Assembly: GCA_958295745.1 (NCBI GenBank)
Contig: OY282370.1
Span: forward strand, 1,031,990-1,095,989
DNA length: 64,000 bases
Reading direction: 5' to 3'
Origin: an uncultured Acidimicrobiia bacterium
GTDB taxonomy: Bacteria; Actinomycetota; Acidimicrobiia; Spongiisociales; Spongiisociaceae
Shown: positions 55,901-60,612 of the stretch, piece after piece
How the letters are laid out: every line of letters starts with the position of its first letter
Numbering within the stretch: position 1 is the stretch's first letter
Translations under genes and position numbers: made by a program
The notes under the pieces: generated by a model
Databases searched by the model: none
What the model saw: the letters and a program-made list of their open reading frames with translations, nothing else
What the model was told of the DNA's origin: nothing

Positions 55901-58900
55901 ACTATCGTCTCGACCCCCTCGTCCATCGAGCTGTCGTCCACCGCCGTGATGTCGACCCGGGCGGGGGTGACCCGTCTGGGGTTGCCTGTGTGGATGGTTA
56001 GCTGATCCCTGCCGGAGACGAAAGCGGTGGTGAAATCGGTCCCGGAAGTGGCGGTGCCGCCGGTGAAGGTGAAATCCCGCACCGTTACATTGCCGGTCGG
56101 GTGCTTCCCGGCGGGGAGGGTGCCGGACACCTCGAAGCAAACCTTCCCATCCCCCTCACTGATGTGGTCCGAGGCGGGTTGGGAGTCGGTTGGTTGGCAT
56201 TTGACGGCCCGGGCCGCCAGGTTGACGATCGCCGGGTCGTCGTCCTCGATCGTGAACAGCCCCTCGTTGATCGTATAGGGGGAGGTTTCCCCGAATCGCA
56301 GTCGTACCTTTGCGGTCTCCGGCCCTTCGATAAAAGGGTCGTTGAAGGGGATGACACCGATAGTGCCCGAACCCCGCACCTGGTTTTTAGGGATGGTCAC
56401 AGTCACATACGGCCCACCGGAGAAACTGAGGTCCCCCGGGTTGAATCCGATTGGGGTAGTGGCTGTAACCCCTACCACCCACAGACGGAGGGTGGTGTCG
56501 GAGTCCACCGCCCCGGAGGCGAACTCGGCGGTCACGGTCACGGTGGTGGTGCCTGCGTCCTCGGCGATGGAGGTCTGCTGCCCGGGGTCGGAGCTGGTGT
56601 CCACTTTCAGGTCGATGGTGGTGGGGGCGGGGTCGTTGTCGGTGATGGTGACCCGGGTGCTGACCGCCTGCCCGAACACCGAAGCCATGAACTGGACCTG
56701 TTCGGCGGACACCTCGTGTATGGAGTCGTCGGTGGGGGTGAGGGTGACCGTCTTGGAACCCTGTGTGGCCCCGGCCGCCACCGGCACCGTGAAGTCAGTG
56801 ATGTTCGCGAAGTCGGTTCCCGCCGTAGCCCCGACCCCGGTTACGGCGACGGCCACCCCGGTTTCCGAGGTCAGCTCGGAGGTGGCGGCGTGGGGGAATC
56901 GAACGGTGAGGGTGATGGAGGTCGGGCCGGCGTTCTCGTCCACCGAAGTCTTGTCGATCCTCAACTGGAACTGCGAATCCTGGTCCCGGATGGTGATCGA
57001 GGCCGGGTTGACGACGTATCCGCTCAGCGAAGAGGTCAGGGACACCGTCTCCAGCCCTTCCAGCGCCGTGTCGGAGGCGGCGGCGAAACTGATGGTGGCC
57101 GTACCGCTCCGCGAGTTGGCCGGGATGGTCACGTCCACCGTGGCCGGAGCGGTGAAATCGCCGGCTTCGGCGGTGTCGGCCGCGAGGGAAACCGTGAAGG
57201 TAGTCGACGATGTCAAGGCGGCCGCCCCGTTGGGAACGGAGGCTTTGACCGCCACCGTCCGGGTGTTGCCCTCCACCACGTAGTTCTGCTCCCCGGTGTC
57301 GGTCTGCGTATCCACGCTCAGGTTTACGGTGGGGACGGTGTCTGCGTCGTCGTCGATGATCACAAACGCCCCGTTGACGGTGTGCCCGGCCGCCGTGCCG
57401 GTAACAGCTATATCCTCGGGCCCTTCCACCAGATCGTCGGAGGCGGTGGTCAGGCTGAAGGTGGCGGACCCGCTGGCGGCGTTGGCGGGGATGGTCACGG
57501 TGAAGTCGTTGACCGCGGTGAAATCGTTGGCTTCCGCCCCGTAGGCGCCGGCGGACGCCGCCACCGACACGGTAACTGTGGTGGCTGACGATTTGGACGC
57601 CCTCTCCGCATAGGCGGCGGTTACCGTCACCGTCTGGTTGGCGGCCCCTTCCGCAACGCTGGGCTGGACGCCGACGAGGGGGTGCGCCGCGTCCACCATC
57701 AGGTTGATGCGGTTGGCCGAATAGTCGTGGTCGTGGAGCCGGATCGCGACGGGGCGCACCTTGAACCCGGCGTCGGCCTGCCCTTCGATAACGATCGTCT
57801 CGACCCCTTCGTTGACCGCCGTATCATCGAGCGCCGCGATGCTGACTAAGGCCGTCATATGTTGGGTTTCGGCCAATCTCTGGAATGTTATCTGATTCCG
57901 GGGTCCTGTCGATTGCTCAACGAACGCCCAGTTGTAATCGGTTCCCGAAGCGGCGGTCCCCCTGATAGTCAGGTTGCTGACCGTTACCGGCCCGGCGGTG
58001 CGGGTGCCATACGGCAAGGACCCGAGTATGCCGAAGCAGACGGAGCCAAAGCCCTCACCCTCATAGATGTCGTCATTGCCGTTGGCGTGAGTAATACACC
58101 TGATCGGACGCAGGTTGATTATCGCCTCTTCGTCGTCTTCGATGGTGAACTCCGCCGAGTTGACCGTGTAGGTGGAGGTCCCCCGGAGGGACACCGTGAC
58201 GGTCTTGGGCGCTTCGCCCGCTACGGCGTTGTTGTCGGGGGTGACGGTGACGGTGGCGGTTCCCCGCACCTGGCCCTGTGGGATGGTCAAAGAGAAGTTG
58301 GAGGTCGCCGCCCCTGACAGCTGCAGGTTCACGGCGGTGGCGGACTCCACCGCGGTCCCGGAGGCGAACTCGGCGGTCACGGTCACGGCGGTGGCGCCTG
58401 CGTCCTCGGCGATGGTGGTCTGCTGTCCGGAGTCGGAGCTGGTGTCAACGGACAGGTCGATGACGGTGGGGGCGGCGTCGTCGTCGGTGATGGTCACCGC
58501 CGCAGAAGCGGTGCGTCCGAACAGCGACCCGGTGAACTCGACCTGTTCGGTGGAGGTTTCAACGAGGACGTCGTCGGTGGGGGTAAGGGTTATCGACTTG
58601 GACCCGCTGACCGCCGCCGCCGCCACCGGCACCGTGAAATCGGCGATGTTCTCGAAGTCGGTTCCGGCGGTCGCCCCGACCCCGGTCACGGTTACCGACA
58701 CCTGGGTCTCCGCCGCCAGCTCCGAGGTGGCGGCGTTGGGGAACGACACGGTCAGGTCGACGGTTGTGGCGCCCGCGTCCTCGTTCACCGAAGACACGCT
58801 CGCCGCCAGCGTGAACCCGGCGTCCTCGTCCGCGATGGTGAGGGAGGCCGGGTTGACCGTGTAACCGGCCAAGGTGGAGGACAGGGACACCGTCTCCGGC

Positions 58901-60429
58901 CCCTCCAGTATCGTGTCGGAGGCGGCCGTGAAGCTGAAGGTGGCCGTACCGCTGGTCTGGCCTGAGGCGATGGTCACATCCACCGAAGCGGGGGCCGTGA
59001 AATCGGTGCTCTCGGCCGTGTCGGCCGCGATGGTGACCGTGAACACAGCCGCGGTGCTCAACGCCGCCTCCCCGTCCGGCAGCGCCGCTTTTACGGTGAC
59101 CGTCCTGGTGTCGCCCTCGTCCACGTGACTCTGCTCGCCCGAGTCGGTCTGGGAATCCACGCTCAGGTTTACGGTGACGGAGGCTTCCTGTTGGCCGGAG
59201 ACGATCCGGTCGCCGGGCGGCTCGGGCGGCGCGGTCACGGTCGGCTCTTCTATGGTCGGTTCGTTGTCGGTGATGGTTATCTCGGCGCCGGTGATGTCCC
59301 CGATGCCGGATGCGGCGGTGGTCCCGGAAATGTCCACCGTCTCGCCGCCTTCGGACACCTGGTCGTCGATGGCCTCCAGAGTGAACTCGGCCTGCCCGCT
59401 GGTCTGACCGGCGGGGATGGTCACCGCAAAGTCATCAACGGGGTTGAAGTCCTCCGCCCCGGCCTGCCCGATTCCCCCTTGGCCGACGACCGACACCGTG
59501 ACCTCCGTATCCGTCTCCAGAGCCTGCGACCCGTCCGGGAAAGCGGCGGTCACGACCACCCCCGCCGCCCGGCCTTCGGAGACCTCGGTCTGGGCGCCCT
59601 CGGCCTCGGAGTCGGTGTCCACACTCAAAGCGATGGAAATCGGGCCGGTCTCTTCCTCGTCCTCGGTTTCCTCGTCGCCTTCCTCGTCTCCTACACCTTC
59701 GTCGCCGTCACCGCCCCCTGAACCGTCACCCTCATCATCACCCTCACCCTGCCCATCATCGCCCTGCTCACCGCCCTCACCCTCATCGCCCTCACCCTCA
59801 TCACCATCACCCTGCCCATCATCGCCCTGCCCACCGCCATCACCCTCACCACCGTCGCCATCGCCCTGCCCATCATCACCCTGCTCATCACCATCACCCT
59901 CATCACCATCACCCTCATCGCCGACCGGCGGCCGGTTCTCGCCCTCAGGGACGGTTCCTTCGTTCGCGGGGACGGTGGTGGAGGTCGTCGTAGGAGGAAC
60001 GGGGACGGTGGTAGAGGTCGTCGTAGGAGGAACGGGGACGGTGGTAGAGGTCGTCGTAGGAGAAGCGGCGAGAGTGGTAGAGGTGGTCGTAGGAGAAGCG
60101 GGGACGGTGGTGGTAGTCGTCGCAGGAGAAGCGGCGAGAGTGGTAGAGGTGGTCGTAGGAGAAGCGGCGAGAGTGGTGGAGGTGGTCGTAGGAGAAGCGG
60201 GGACGGTGGTGGTAGTCGTCGCAGGAGGATCGGCGAGAGTGGTGGTAGTCGTCGCAGCGCTGGTCGTAGATGTCGACTCGGGCGAGGCCGGAGCAGAAGT
60301 GGCAGAAGACGACGAAGAGGGGACGGTGATCAGGACCTCGGACTGCGCCCCCACGGCAGCGACCATCAGAAAAGCGGTAACCCCCGCCGTCCCGGCCAAG
60401 AACCGCATACGACGGCCGAACCCGCTCAT
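31918..60429 (-). CDS. Giant (~9,500 aa) SLH-anchored repeat adhesin with Calx-beta-like modules
   Basis: Uninterrupted 28.5 kb ORF. Signal peptide, Thr-rich and GDE-rich repeats, roughly 70-80 (estimated) ~110-120 aa LSVD...EG...VTVTA...DYS...TF.L...DD...E...TI.D.D modules, Pro-rich linker, cadherin-like sandwich, SLH motifs (VPRWQMALFL, ISRADMA, VTRAQMA). Start 60429 or 60465. Confidence 0.95.
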   Translation of the reverse strand: MSGFGRRMRFLAGTAGVTAFLMVAAVGAQSEVLITVPSSSSSATSAPASPESTSTTSAATTTTTLADPPATTTTTVPASPTTTSTTLAASPTTTSTTLAASPATTTTTVPASPTTTSTTLAASPTTTSTTVPVPPTTTSTTVPVPPTTTSTTVPANEGTVPEGENRPPVGDEGDGDEGDGDEQGDDGQGDGDGGEGDGGGQGDDGQGDGDEGEGDEGEGGEQGDDGQGEGDDEGDGSGGGDGDEGVGDEEGDEETEDEEETGPISIALSVDTDSEAEGAQTEVSEGRAAGVVVTAAFPDGSQALETDTEVTVSVVGQGGIGQAGAEDFNPVDDFAVTIPAGQTSGQAEFTLEAIDDQVSEGGETVDISGTTAASGIGDITGAEITITDNEPTIEEPTVTAPPEPPGDRIVSGQQEASVTVNLSVDSQTDSGEQSHVDEGDTRTVTVKAALPDGEAALSTAAVFTVTIAADTAESTDFTAPASVDVTIASGQTSGTATFSFTAASDTILEGPETVSLSSTLAGYTVNPASLTIADEDAGFTLAASVSSVNEDAGATTVDLTVSFPNAATSELAAETQVSVTVTGVGATAGTDFENIADFTVPVAAAAVSGSKSITLTPTDDVLVETSTEQVEFTGSLFGRTASAAVTITDDDAAPTVIDLSVDTSSDSGQQTTIAEDAGATAVTVTAEFASGTAVESATAVNLQLSGAATSNFSLTIPQGQVRGTATVTVTPDNNAVAGEAPKTVTVSLRGTSTYTVNSAEFTIEDDEEAIINLRPIRCITHANGNDDIYEGEGFGSVCFGILGSLPYGTRTAGPVTVSNLTIRGTAASGTDYNWAFVEQSTGPRNQITFQRLAETQHMTALVSIAALDDTAVNEGVETIVIEGQADAGFKVRPVAIRLHDHDYSANRINLMVDAAHPLVGVQPSVAEGAANQTVTVTAAYAERASKSSATTVTVSVAASAGAYGAEANDFTAVNDFTVTIPANAASGSATFSLTTASDDLVEGPEDIAVTGTAAGHTVNGAFVIIDDDADTVPTVNLSVDTQTDTGEQNYVVEGNTRTVAVKASVPNGAAALTSSTTFTVSLAADTAEAGDFTAPATVDVTIPANSRSGTATISFAAASDTALEGLETVSLTSSLSGYVVNPASITIRDQDSQFQLRIDKTSVDENAGPTSITLTVRFPHAATSELTSETGVAVAVTGVGATAGTDFANITDFTVPVAAGATQGSKTVTLTPTDDSIHEVSAEQVQFMASVFGQAVSTRVTITDNDPAPTTIDLKVDTSSDPGQQTSIAEDAGTTTVTVTAEFASGAVDSDTTLRLWVVGVTATTPIGFNPGDLSFSGGPYVTVTIPKNQVRGSGTIGVIPFNDPFIEGPETAKVRLRFGETSPYTINEGLFTIEDDDPAIVNLAARAVKCQPTDSQPASDHISEGDGKVCFEVSGTLPAGKHPTGNVTVRDFTFTGGTATSGTDFTTAFVSGRDQLTIHTGNPRRVTPARVDITAVDDSSMDEGVETIVIEGRGADGYTVRSVAVLLADNDLSPNRIDLKVDTNSVLAGYQPSIGEGVDDQTVTVTASYADNVSRTSSTAITVSVAGAGGTRGAEANDFTAVSDFTVTIPANAASGSATFSLTTADDERVEGAEDLAVSGTASGFTVNGAMVTIDDDDAPPAIVLSVDADDAASGVQSSVGEASAAKTARVTASVPGGTTFESAVAVTVSVDGAGGTGEAEAADFAAVADFTVTIPAGQSSGSATFSLDPTEDVSVEGAEDITVSGTSAAVGVRVISTSIEITDNDDPPAAALSVDLDSGTPGDQDTIGEGDAAVTATVTAALPAGSKTFESDVTISVTVSGEGTTGKAESSDFSTDKTNNTFDMTIPAGGRSSSETFTLTITDDEVLDITPETITLSGAADFSGMTVTADSITIDSDNDTGHPTIALSVDTDNAAAGVQSSVNEGAVKTVKVTAAFPAGAKTLETATVVSVLVSTAGTVEANDFSTDKTNDTFDITIPAGARSGSATFTLTTVDDNLVGEGIETVILSGTTTAPGFTTPASASFTIPDADDNTLVVISQDVEPSSTETFEDEVREGGGPYEGVRVRLAIPYTGLQKVFESEATFTVQVTDAGLATAEADDFSTDKTDNSFDITFPAGSYRAEGTFKLTITDDALYERDEEIRLTGTTDTPGVRVFRSEITIIDNEARPAISMTIDTDLEVFGDQDYIPEGITSRKVKVTASVAEGSAERESDTVVTVSHVPVTAASPADYSFTHWGDIPYGGNRTNITIPAGADQASKYFKVSTVDDNTSGEGAETFQIAGFSPWYVDNGVGAITPAVVTIDDSDNPSTIYLRVDTSSTQPGVQKAVSEPSQTRVLVTTSLPNGAPGLSANQTVTVSVVGGGGSGQAEASDFSAVSSFDMTIARGDDMVSRNFTLFVTDDTVVDVLPEVLTVSGSSSGYTVRNDFIVIEEDNDTTTVNLSVDTDSTTPSNQNTAAEGTDATVTVSAALTGTAALEEDLELTVSVAGAGGSGQAGPDDFDAVTDFTLTVSKTSRTGSATFDLSGTDDNVADEGTEKISVTGATSYAGVTVNGAEISITDGDQAPTVIVLSVDADDAATGDQSSVTEGAAASTARVTASFPNGSAVLPTKTTVRVSVAGEGGTGQAETADFTAVNSFDVEIPAGQSSGSATFGLATAEDDYAEGAETITVSGVASGYTVNSGSVTIDDNDAAPTGFTLSVDADTSATGAQTSLGEASAAKTAQVTASLPDDSKTFESATVITVSVSGDGGTGQAEAADFTAVSDLTITIPAGQSSGSATFTLDPIEDDYAEGDEDITVSGTADRTGITITGATVEITDNDTAPTTVALSVDLDSDTTGDQDTIGEGDAAAAVTVTADLPADSKTFESATAITVTVSGEGTAGKAESSDFSTDKTNDSFTVSLAAGATTGSATFTLTIADDNVVDLVSETITVSGTTDRSGLAVTGDTITIDSDNDTGPTTISLGVDTSTDTGIQTAVTEAADAHPITVTAAYPDGSNVYEKVIAVTLSATGVTASAGDFTFAATSLANPSLILNIPSSQASVSDSSGFLLTAVDDNTVEPAETLTIGGTATGFTVSGVTATIDDNDPAPTTIDLSVDTDSGTVGDQTNVMEGGSATTVTVKATLAGSSVLTSDTVVTVSVAGEGTTGKAEAADFTAVTSFDVTISAGQSSGAGTFTLTLTDDDLAEGNESLTVSGVTTASGFSTVNSASVNIVDNDVTPTTITLTINPTSVSEGGGATTVDVTAAFPAGSPTFETATSVSVSVSGGTATSGTDYAAVTSFTVSIAAGETSGMGTFTFTPTEDTVAGEGNETINVSGTAAGFTFTNAVLSIADNDVKPSSIVLTVDADGDTTGDQTSVTEASGSTTVSVKVAFPANSPSLASATDVTVKLVGEPARSGEADETTLVLGQAKGKVMHTTGFDYSTNKTNDTFTITIPAGQTSQTGDFTLTVVDDTQSEGPETFKVAGTSTGFTFNAAPEMTITDNETTDISLFFSDGDGNRRPADSPFDDAEHLKEGVHEDTTLPLWGGVAPPTLPFNIYLTLGTAVGQQYLDITIRTSGTAVEGILTDTSRDYDLQWRHGPSTVFSREALPNNVFRIGRGHTRYNEGGEELSPTQSIFVYDDNIAEGDETITFTGHSIQGVSNSISVTLKDNDIAPTVINLAVDTDTSTTATSETKLMEGDSSTTVKITASFPVGSAVLPTPTAVAVSLMDNTATSRDHLAVPSFNVIIPALATSGSTEFTLTLVDDDIVEDPEILDVGGTLAGFTVNPAMITIADNETISLSLDTDGATTGAQTSVDEGVTDQTVTVTASFDAASSVLTGATVVTVSAADGSTNPASAPDDYTAVSDFTITIPAGDISASATFDLTTAADNIALEGSETLSVSGTATGYTVTNTTMSITDGTTVPSLAFTVDADTSTPGVQTSVGEGVSGRSVEVTASLSGSNVLARDLTIPVTVGRGTAETTDYSVTGGSFNLTISAGQSTSNTETFTLNTVDDSVTGETDALSVGGTATLAGVTFSGSTPLTINDDDAATVGLSVDTDSGETGDQTSLEEGVSGRSVSVTATVSGSLTVEAATTVAVTVGAGTAESSDYSIPSGQESFDVVIAAGTGSDSETFALTTKTDTVVGEADVLAVSGATAGFTVNGASLTITETGTIGLSVDADGGTSGDQTSLAEGISGRTVTVTATVAGGGTVEAETTVAVTVGAGTAEATDYSIPSGEDTFDVTIAAGASSGSATFTLNTDDDSVVAETDVLAITGTTTAAGITVSSASLTIDDSDTGTVTLSVDADSGTPGDQTSIDEGVSGRSVTVKAKVGGSLTVEAETTVAVTVGAGTAEGSDYSIPSGQDTFGVVISAGGSSGSNTFALTTNTDSVAGESDVLSITGSTTAAGLTVSSASLQIGETVTIDLSVDTDGNTPGSQTSLAEGVSGRTVTVTAAVAGGGTMEAETSVSVSVGAGTAEGSDYSIPSGQESFMVTISAGASSGSATFSLTTETDSVISEVDALAVSGTAAGFTVSGASLAITGTGTIGLSVDADGGTSGDQTSLGEGVSGRTVTVTAAAATGVTVEAETTVAVTVGAGTAEGSDYSIPSGQDTFDVVIAAGGSSGSNTFTLNTRDDTVVAETDVLSVTGTTTAAGVTVSSASLTIDDSDTGTVGLSVSPTSLAEGLSNQTVTVKATLAGLTVEAETTVAVSVGAGTAEGSDYSIPSGQETFDVVIAAGGSSGSNTFTLTANSDSVISEVDALAVSGSVAGFTVNPASLTITETGTIGLSVDASSDSGVQTSLGEGVSARTVTVTASVAGGGTAETETTVAVTVGAGTAEAGDYSIPSGEDTFDVTIAAGASSGSATFTLNTVDDDVVNEADALEITGTTTTTGITVNKTSLTISDDDTAVIDLSVSPASLDEGVSGRSVSVTATVAGSLKVEDAITVAVTVGAGTAEASDYSIPSGQESFDVTIAASTGSKSGSFTLSTVDDSVAGESDVLAIGGVSGSLTVNGASLTITDGDSAPAIGLSVSPASLGEGVANRSVSVTATLAGSTTMETDTTVAVTVGAGTAEASDYSIPAGQETFDVTISAGSPSGSNTFTLTTKSDSVISEVDALAISGSVSGFTVNGASLAIADTGTIGLSVDADGGTSGAQTSVGEDVSGRTVTVTAAVSGGGTVEAETSVSVSVGAGTAEASDYSITAGEETFNVVIAAGTGSKSGTFTLNTVDDDVVGEADALTITGSTTTAGVSVGSASLTISDDDAAVIDLSVDADSGETGDQTSIEEGVSGRSVTVKATVAGSLTVEAATTVSVSVGAGTAESGDYSIPSGQEAFTVEIAAGTGVKSGTFALTTNSDSQAGEADALSITGTASGFTVNGASLQIGETVNIGLSVDADSGTVGDQASLGEGVSNRTVTVTAATAGGVAMETETTVSVTVGAGTAESGDYSIPDGEETFDVTIAAGASSGSGTFTLTTNSDSVISEVDALAVSGSAAGFTVGGASLTITDTGTIGLSVSPTSLGEGVANRSVSVTAAVSGGGTVEAETTVSVSVGAGTAEASDYSIPSGQESFNVVIAAGTGSKSGTFTLNTVDDSVAGEADALEITGSTTTAGVSVTKTSLTITDGDSAPAIGLSVSPTSLGEGVSNRSVSVTATLAGSTTMETDTTVAVTVGAGTAESGDYSIPSGQESFDVTIAAGDRSSSGSDTFTLTTNSDSVISEVDALAVSGTATGFTVNPASLAITDSGTIGLSVDASSASGVQTTIGEGVSNRSVTVTATVAGGGTAETETTVAVTVGAGTAESSDYSITAGEETFDVTIAAGASSGSATFTLNTADDSVVNEADALEITGVSGSLTVNKTSLTISDDDTAVIDLSVSPTSVDEGEANRAVSVTATLAGSLTVEDSITVAVTVGAGTAEASDYSIPSGQDSFDVTIAASAGSGSFTLSTVDDSVAGESDVLAISGVSGSLTVNGASLTINDGDSAPAIGLSVSPASLGEGVSNRSVTVTATLAGSTTMETDTTVAVSVGAGTAEASDYSITAGEETFDVTIAAGSSSGSDTFTLTTKSDSVISEVDALAISGSVSGFTVNGASLAIIDTGTVGLSVDADSASGVQTTIGEGVSGRSVTVTATVAGGGTAETETTVAVTVGAGTAEADDYSITAGEETFDVVIAAGSSSGSNTFTLSTEDDDVVNESDVLAIGGVSGSLTVNGASLTISDDDAAVIDLSVDADSGTPGDQTSIGEGVLGRSVGVTATVSGSLTVEAATTVSVSVGAGTAEADDYSIPAGDESFDVTIAAGTGGKSGTFSLTTNVDSLAGEADALSITGTASGFTVNGASLQIGETVNIALSVDTDSGTVGDQASLGEGVSNRTVTVTATVAGGAAEAEITVSVTVGAGTAESGDYSIPSGQETFDVTIAAGASSGSGTFTLTTNSDTVISEVDALTVSGTASGFTVGGASLTITGTGTIGLSVSPTSLGEGVSDQSVSVTAAAAGGGTVETETTVSVTVGAGTAESGDYSIPSGQESFDVTIAAGTGSKAGTFSLTTNSDSVAGESDVLAISGVSGSLTVNGASLTITDGDSAPAIGLSVSPTSVDEGEANRSVTVTATLAGSTTMETDTTVAVTVGAGTAESGDYSIPSSQETFDVVISAGSSSGSNTFTLTTNTDSVISEVDALAISGTATGFTVNGASLTIADTGTIGLSVDADSASGTQTTIGEDVSNRTVTVTATVAGGGTAETETTVRVSVGAGTAESEDYSIPSGQETFDVTIAAGASSGSGTFTLNTLDDSVVNEADVLAISGVSGSLTVNGASLTISDDDAAVIGLSVDADSASGVQTSLGEGVSGRSVSVTATVAGSLMVENAVTVAVTVGAGTAETGDYSIPSGQETFDVTIAAGTDSKSGTFTLNTVDDTVVAEVDALAVSGTATGFTVNGASLTISDDDAAVIGLSVSPTSLGEDVSGRSVSVTATVAGSLTVEADTTVAVTVGAGTAETGDYSIPSGQETFDVTIAAGDGSSSGSDTFTLTTNSDSVISEVDALAISGSVAGFTVNGASLTIADTGTIGLSVDADSASGAQTSIGEGVSNRTVTVTAAVAGGGTAETETTVSVSVGAGTAEAEDYSIPSGQESFDVTIAAGASSGSATFTLNTQDDDVVNEADALEITGTTTTTGVSVGSATLTISDDDTAVIDLSVDADSGTPGPQTSIGEGVLGRSVEVTATVADSLTVEAAITVAVTVEAGTAEADDYSIQPGQDSFDLAIAAGTNSKSGSFTLSTVDDSVAGESDVLAIGGVSGSLTVNGASLTIDDEDTADTVDLSVDKGSVVEGRSETVTVTATLGGPLVLESTALSVPVVIQDGSTDGSADYSATPSSFNVAIAAGQESGTSSFTLVAESDSVNGENEAVVVAGGVLAGYTINSAAVSITDTSTNTVSRGSPVTVDLVVDADPAAGRQTSLAEGITNREVTVTAAVNGGGTLDADTVIAVSVGAGTAEASDYSIPAGEETFDVTIAAGSSSGSGTFTITTYTDSVTAEVDALSITGTTTASGFTINSASLTIDDSGTVDLSVDADGSKPGDQTSVDEGVTNRSVTVTATVTGGDTVEANTTITVSVGAGTAESEDYSIPSGQESFDVTIAAGGTSGSGTFPLSTTDDKVLAETDALSISGSSSLSGLTIGSVSLGIDDSDKTIGLSVDSGETGDQTSIGEGVSNRSVTVTASVPGGGTAEAETTVSVTVGAGTAESSDYSIPAGEESFDVTIAAGAPSGSATFTLTTNTDTVISEVDALSITGAVAGFTVNGASLTISDSGTVDLSVDADSASGVQTTIGEGVSNRSVTVTATVAGGGTAETETTVTVSVGRGTAEASDYSIPVGEESFDLVIAAGGSTKAGTFTLNTLDDDVVAETDALSISGTTTAAGITVGQASLTLSDSDAATIDLSVDVDSGAPGDQDRMAEGISNRTVTVTATVAGSLTVEAGTTVSVSVGAGTAEADDYSIPAGEETFDLVIAAGTGSKSGTFTLTTNTDSVISENDALNISGTASGFTVNGKSLTIVDSNTVDLSVDADSTTDGAQDSIGEGISGRTVTVTAAVPGGGTVESETTVSVSVGAGTAEASDYSIPAGDETFDVVIAAGESSGTGTFELTTNTDSVVAETDVLSITGNAMGFDVTEASLMITDSGTVDLSVDADGGTSGDQTSIGEGISGRTVTVKATVPGPATVEADTTISVSVGADTAESSDYSIPDGEETFDVVIAAGESSSESGTFTLNTLNDDVVAETDALSISGTTTAPGLTINSASLTIDDSDTAAIDLSADADSTTAEVETSIDEGETNQTVKVTATVAGSLTVEAETTVAVSVGAGTAEVGDYSIPSGQETFDVVIAAGTRSKSGTFPITTITDTVVAEADALEITGTATGFTVNEASLTITDTGTITLSVDADSTTAEVENTIGEGENNTVRVTASVSGGGTVESDTTISVSVGAGSAESSDYSIPAGDESFDVTIAADAGSKSGTFTLNTVDDTVAGETDVLSISGTTTADGLTVSPASLEITDSDSTIDLSVDADSSTDEDQTSLGEGVSGRTVTVTAKVSGGGTVESNTTVRVSVGAGTAEGSDYSIPSGQETFDVVIAAGDGSNSATFTLTTYTDNMVAEADALQITGTATGFTVNEASLTIIGGGTIDLSVDADSGTSGDQTSIDEGVSNRTVTVTATAPMGGVVEAETSVSVSVGAGTAQAEDYSIPVGGETFDVVIAEGGSSGSGTFMLSTTDDNVADETEALQITGSITAAAEVTVNPTSLTITDGDARPTKINLSSDDSEVSEGTIETITITAAFPDNKVLTEPVTVLVEVTAEGSTQATDYTANPTNFTIVIPAGENSKQESFTLTAKDDDIAGENDKVKVTGTAAEFTFNDPLLVNIKDTDPDPNAILLSADRSSVNEGDSAQTVTVTASFGNGPKWAANTMVQIQVADGTAMSSDYQVDKSTFTVTINKESQQAAGTFKLTASQDSETERDESIRIAGTDVGGKFEVRDASVTIKDVTTQEPPPPPTEDPPSPPDPPDPPSPPDPPGPPPPPEPPGPPPPEDPKKPQEEASTDASLRSLAIAPGVLSPVFASDTLSYATTVSNRVWTVQVRAVPNHPKATVRIGGKIATGSHNVSVGTGEATISLLVTAEDKITTRTYQVAVGRGTGPGFADDLPAMTACVGQALRRYGFQDVAGWFSEQDINCIGYYGITLGRTPTRYAPEEIVPRWQMALFLYRAAIPAGITLPAPQDQGFVDIANRSERDREAMNMVAQLGIMPGRGDKFDPHGEISRADMALMLDAFLGLVTVGEGGVARDSVEPDPTLFEDVGDLSEREQLAIRRIFEMGVTRGSSAVAFKPAAKVTRAQMAQFIARMLSHTIARPIGVSIQADPSSLQGGQVDVVVSVRAEGFAPVRSARVDLFTAADQDAAFADDGTCASGRVSKTGPGTQACMIDSSDPVTDTNGDLRSSTAYRRGTTVWAWQDALNTTLDDTTIRAKLTL
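59690..60260 (-). repeat. Short tandem repeats encoding GDE-rich and TTTSTT(L/V)(A/P)ASP tracts
   Basis: CATCACCCTCA-type and 30-bp GGTAGAGGTGGTCGTAGGAGAAGCGG-type units. Confidence 0.9.
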
Positions 60430-60601
60430 CACTCGGCCCCAACCCCAGAAAAAGCGACTAGGCAATCACTGGTATGTGACGACCTAGCCGCATCCGTTCG
60501 GCGACTAACCGATCCGCGACAACACAACTTCCGACATCGGCACCACAGAGACGAGAGCGCCGCCCCTAACGCTCCGGTCCGTCTAACCGGCAAAACTGCA
60601 A

Positions 60602-60612
60602 CCCCCCCCCCC
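60602..60612. repeat. C11 homopolymer (G11 on coding strand) upstream of the giant adhesin
   Basis: 11 C, ~170 bp upstream of ATG 60429. Confidence 0.85.

Noticed and set aside
32560-60487. Many long plus-strand ORFs opposite the giant gene
   Set aside because: Antisense shadows of a GC-rich repetitive CDS; no motifs of their own.
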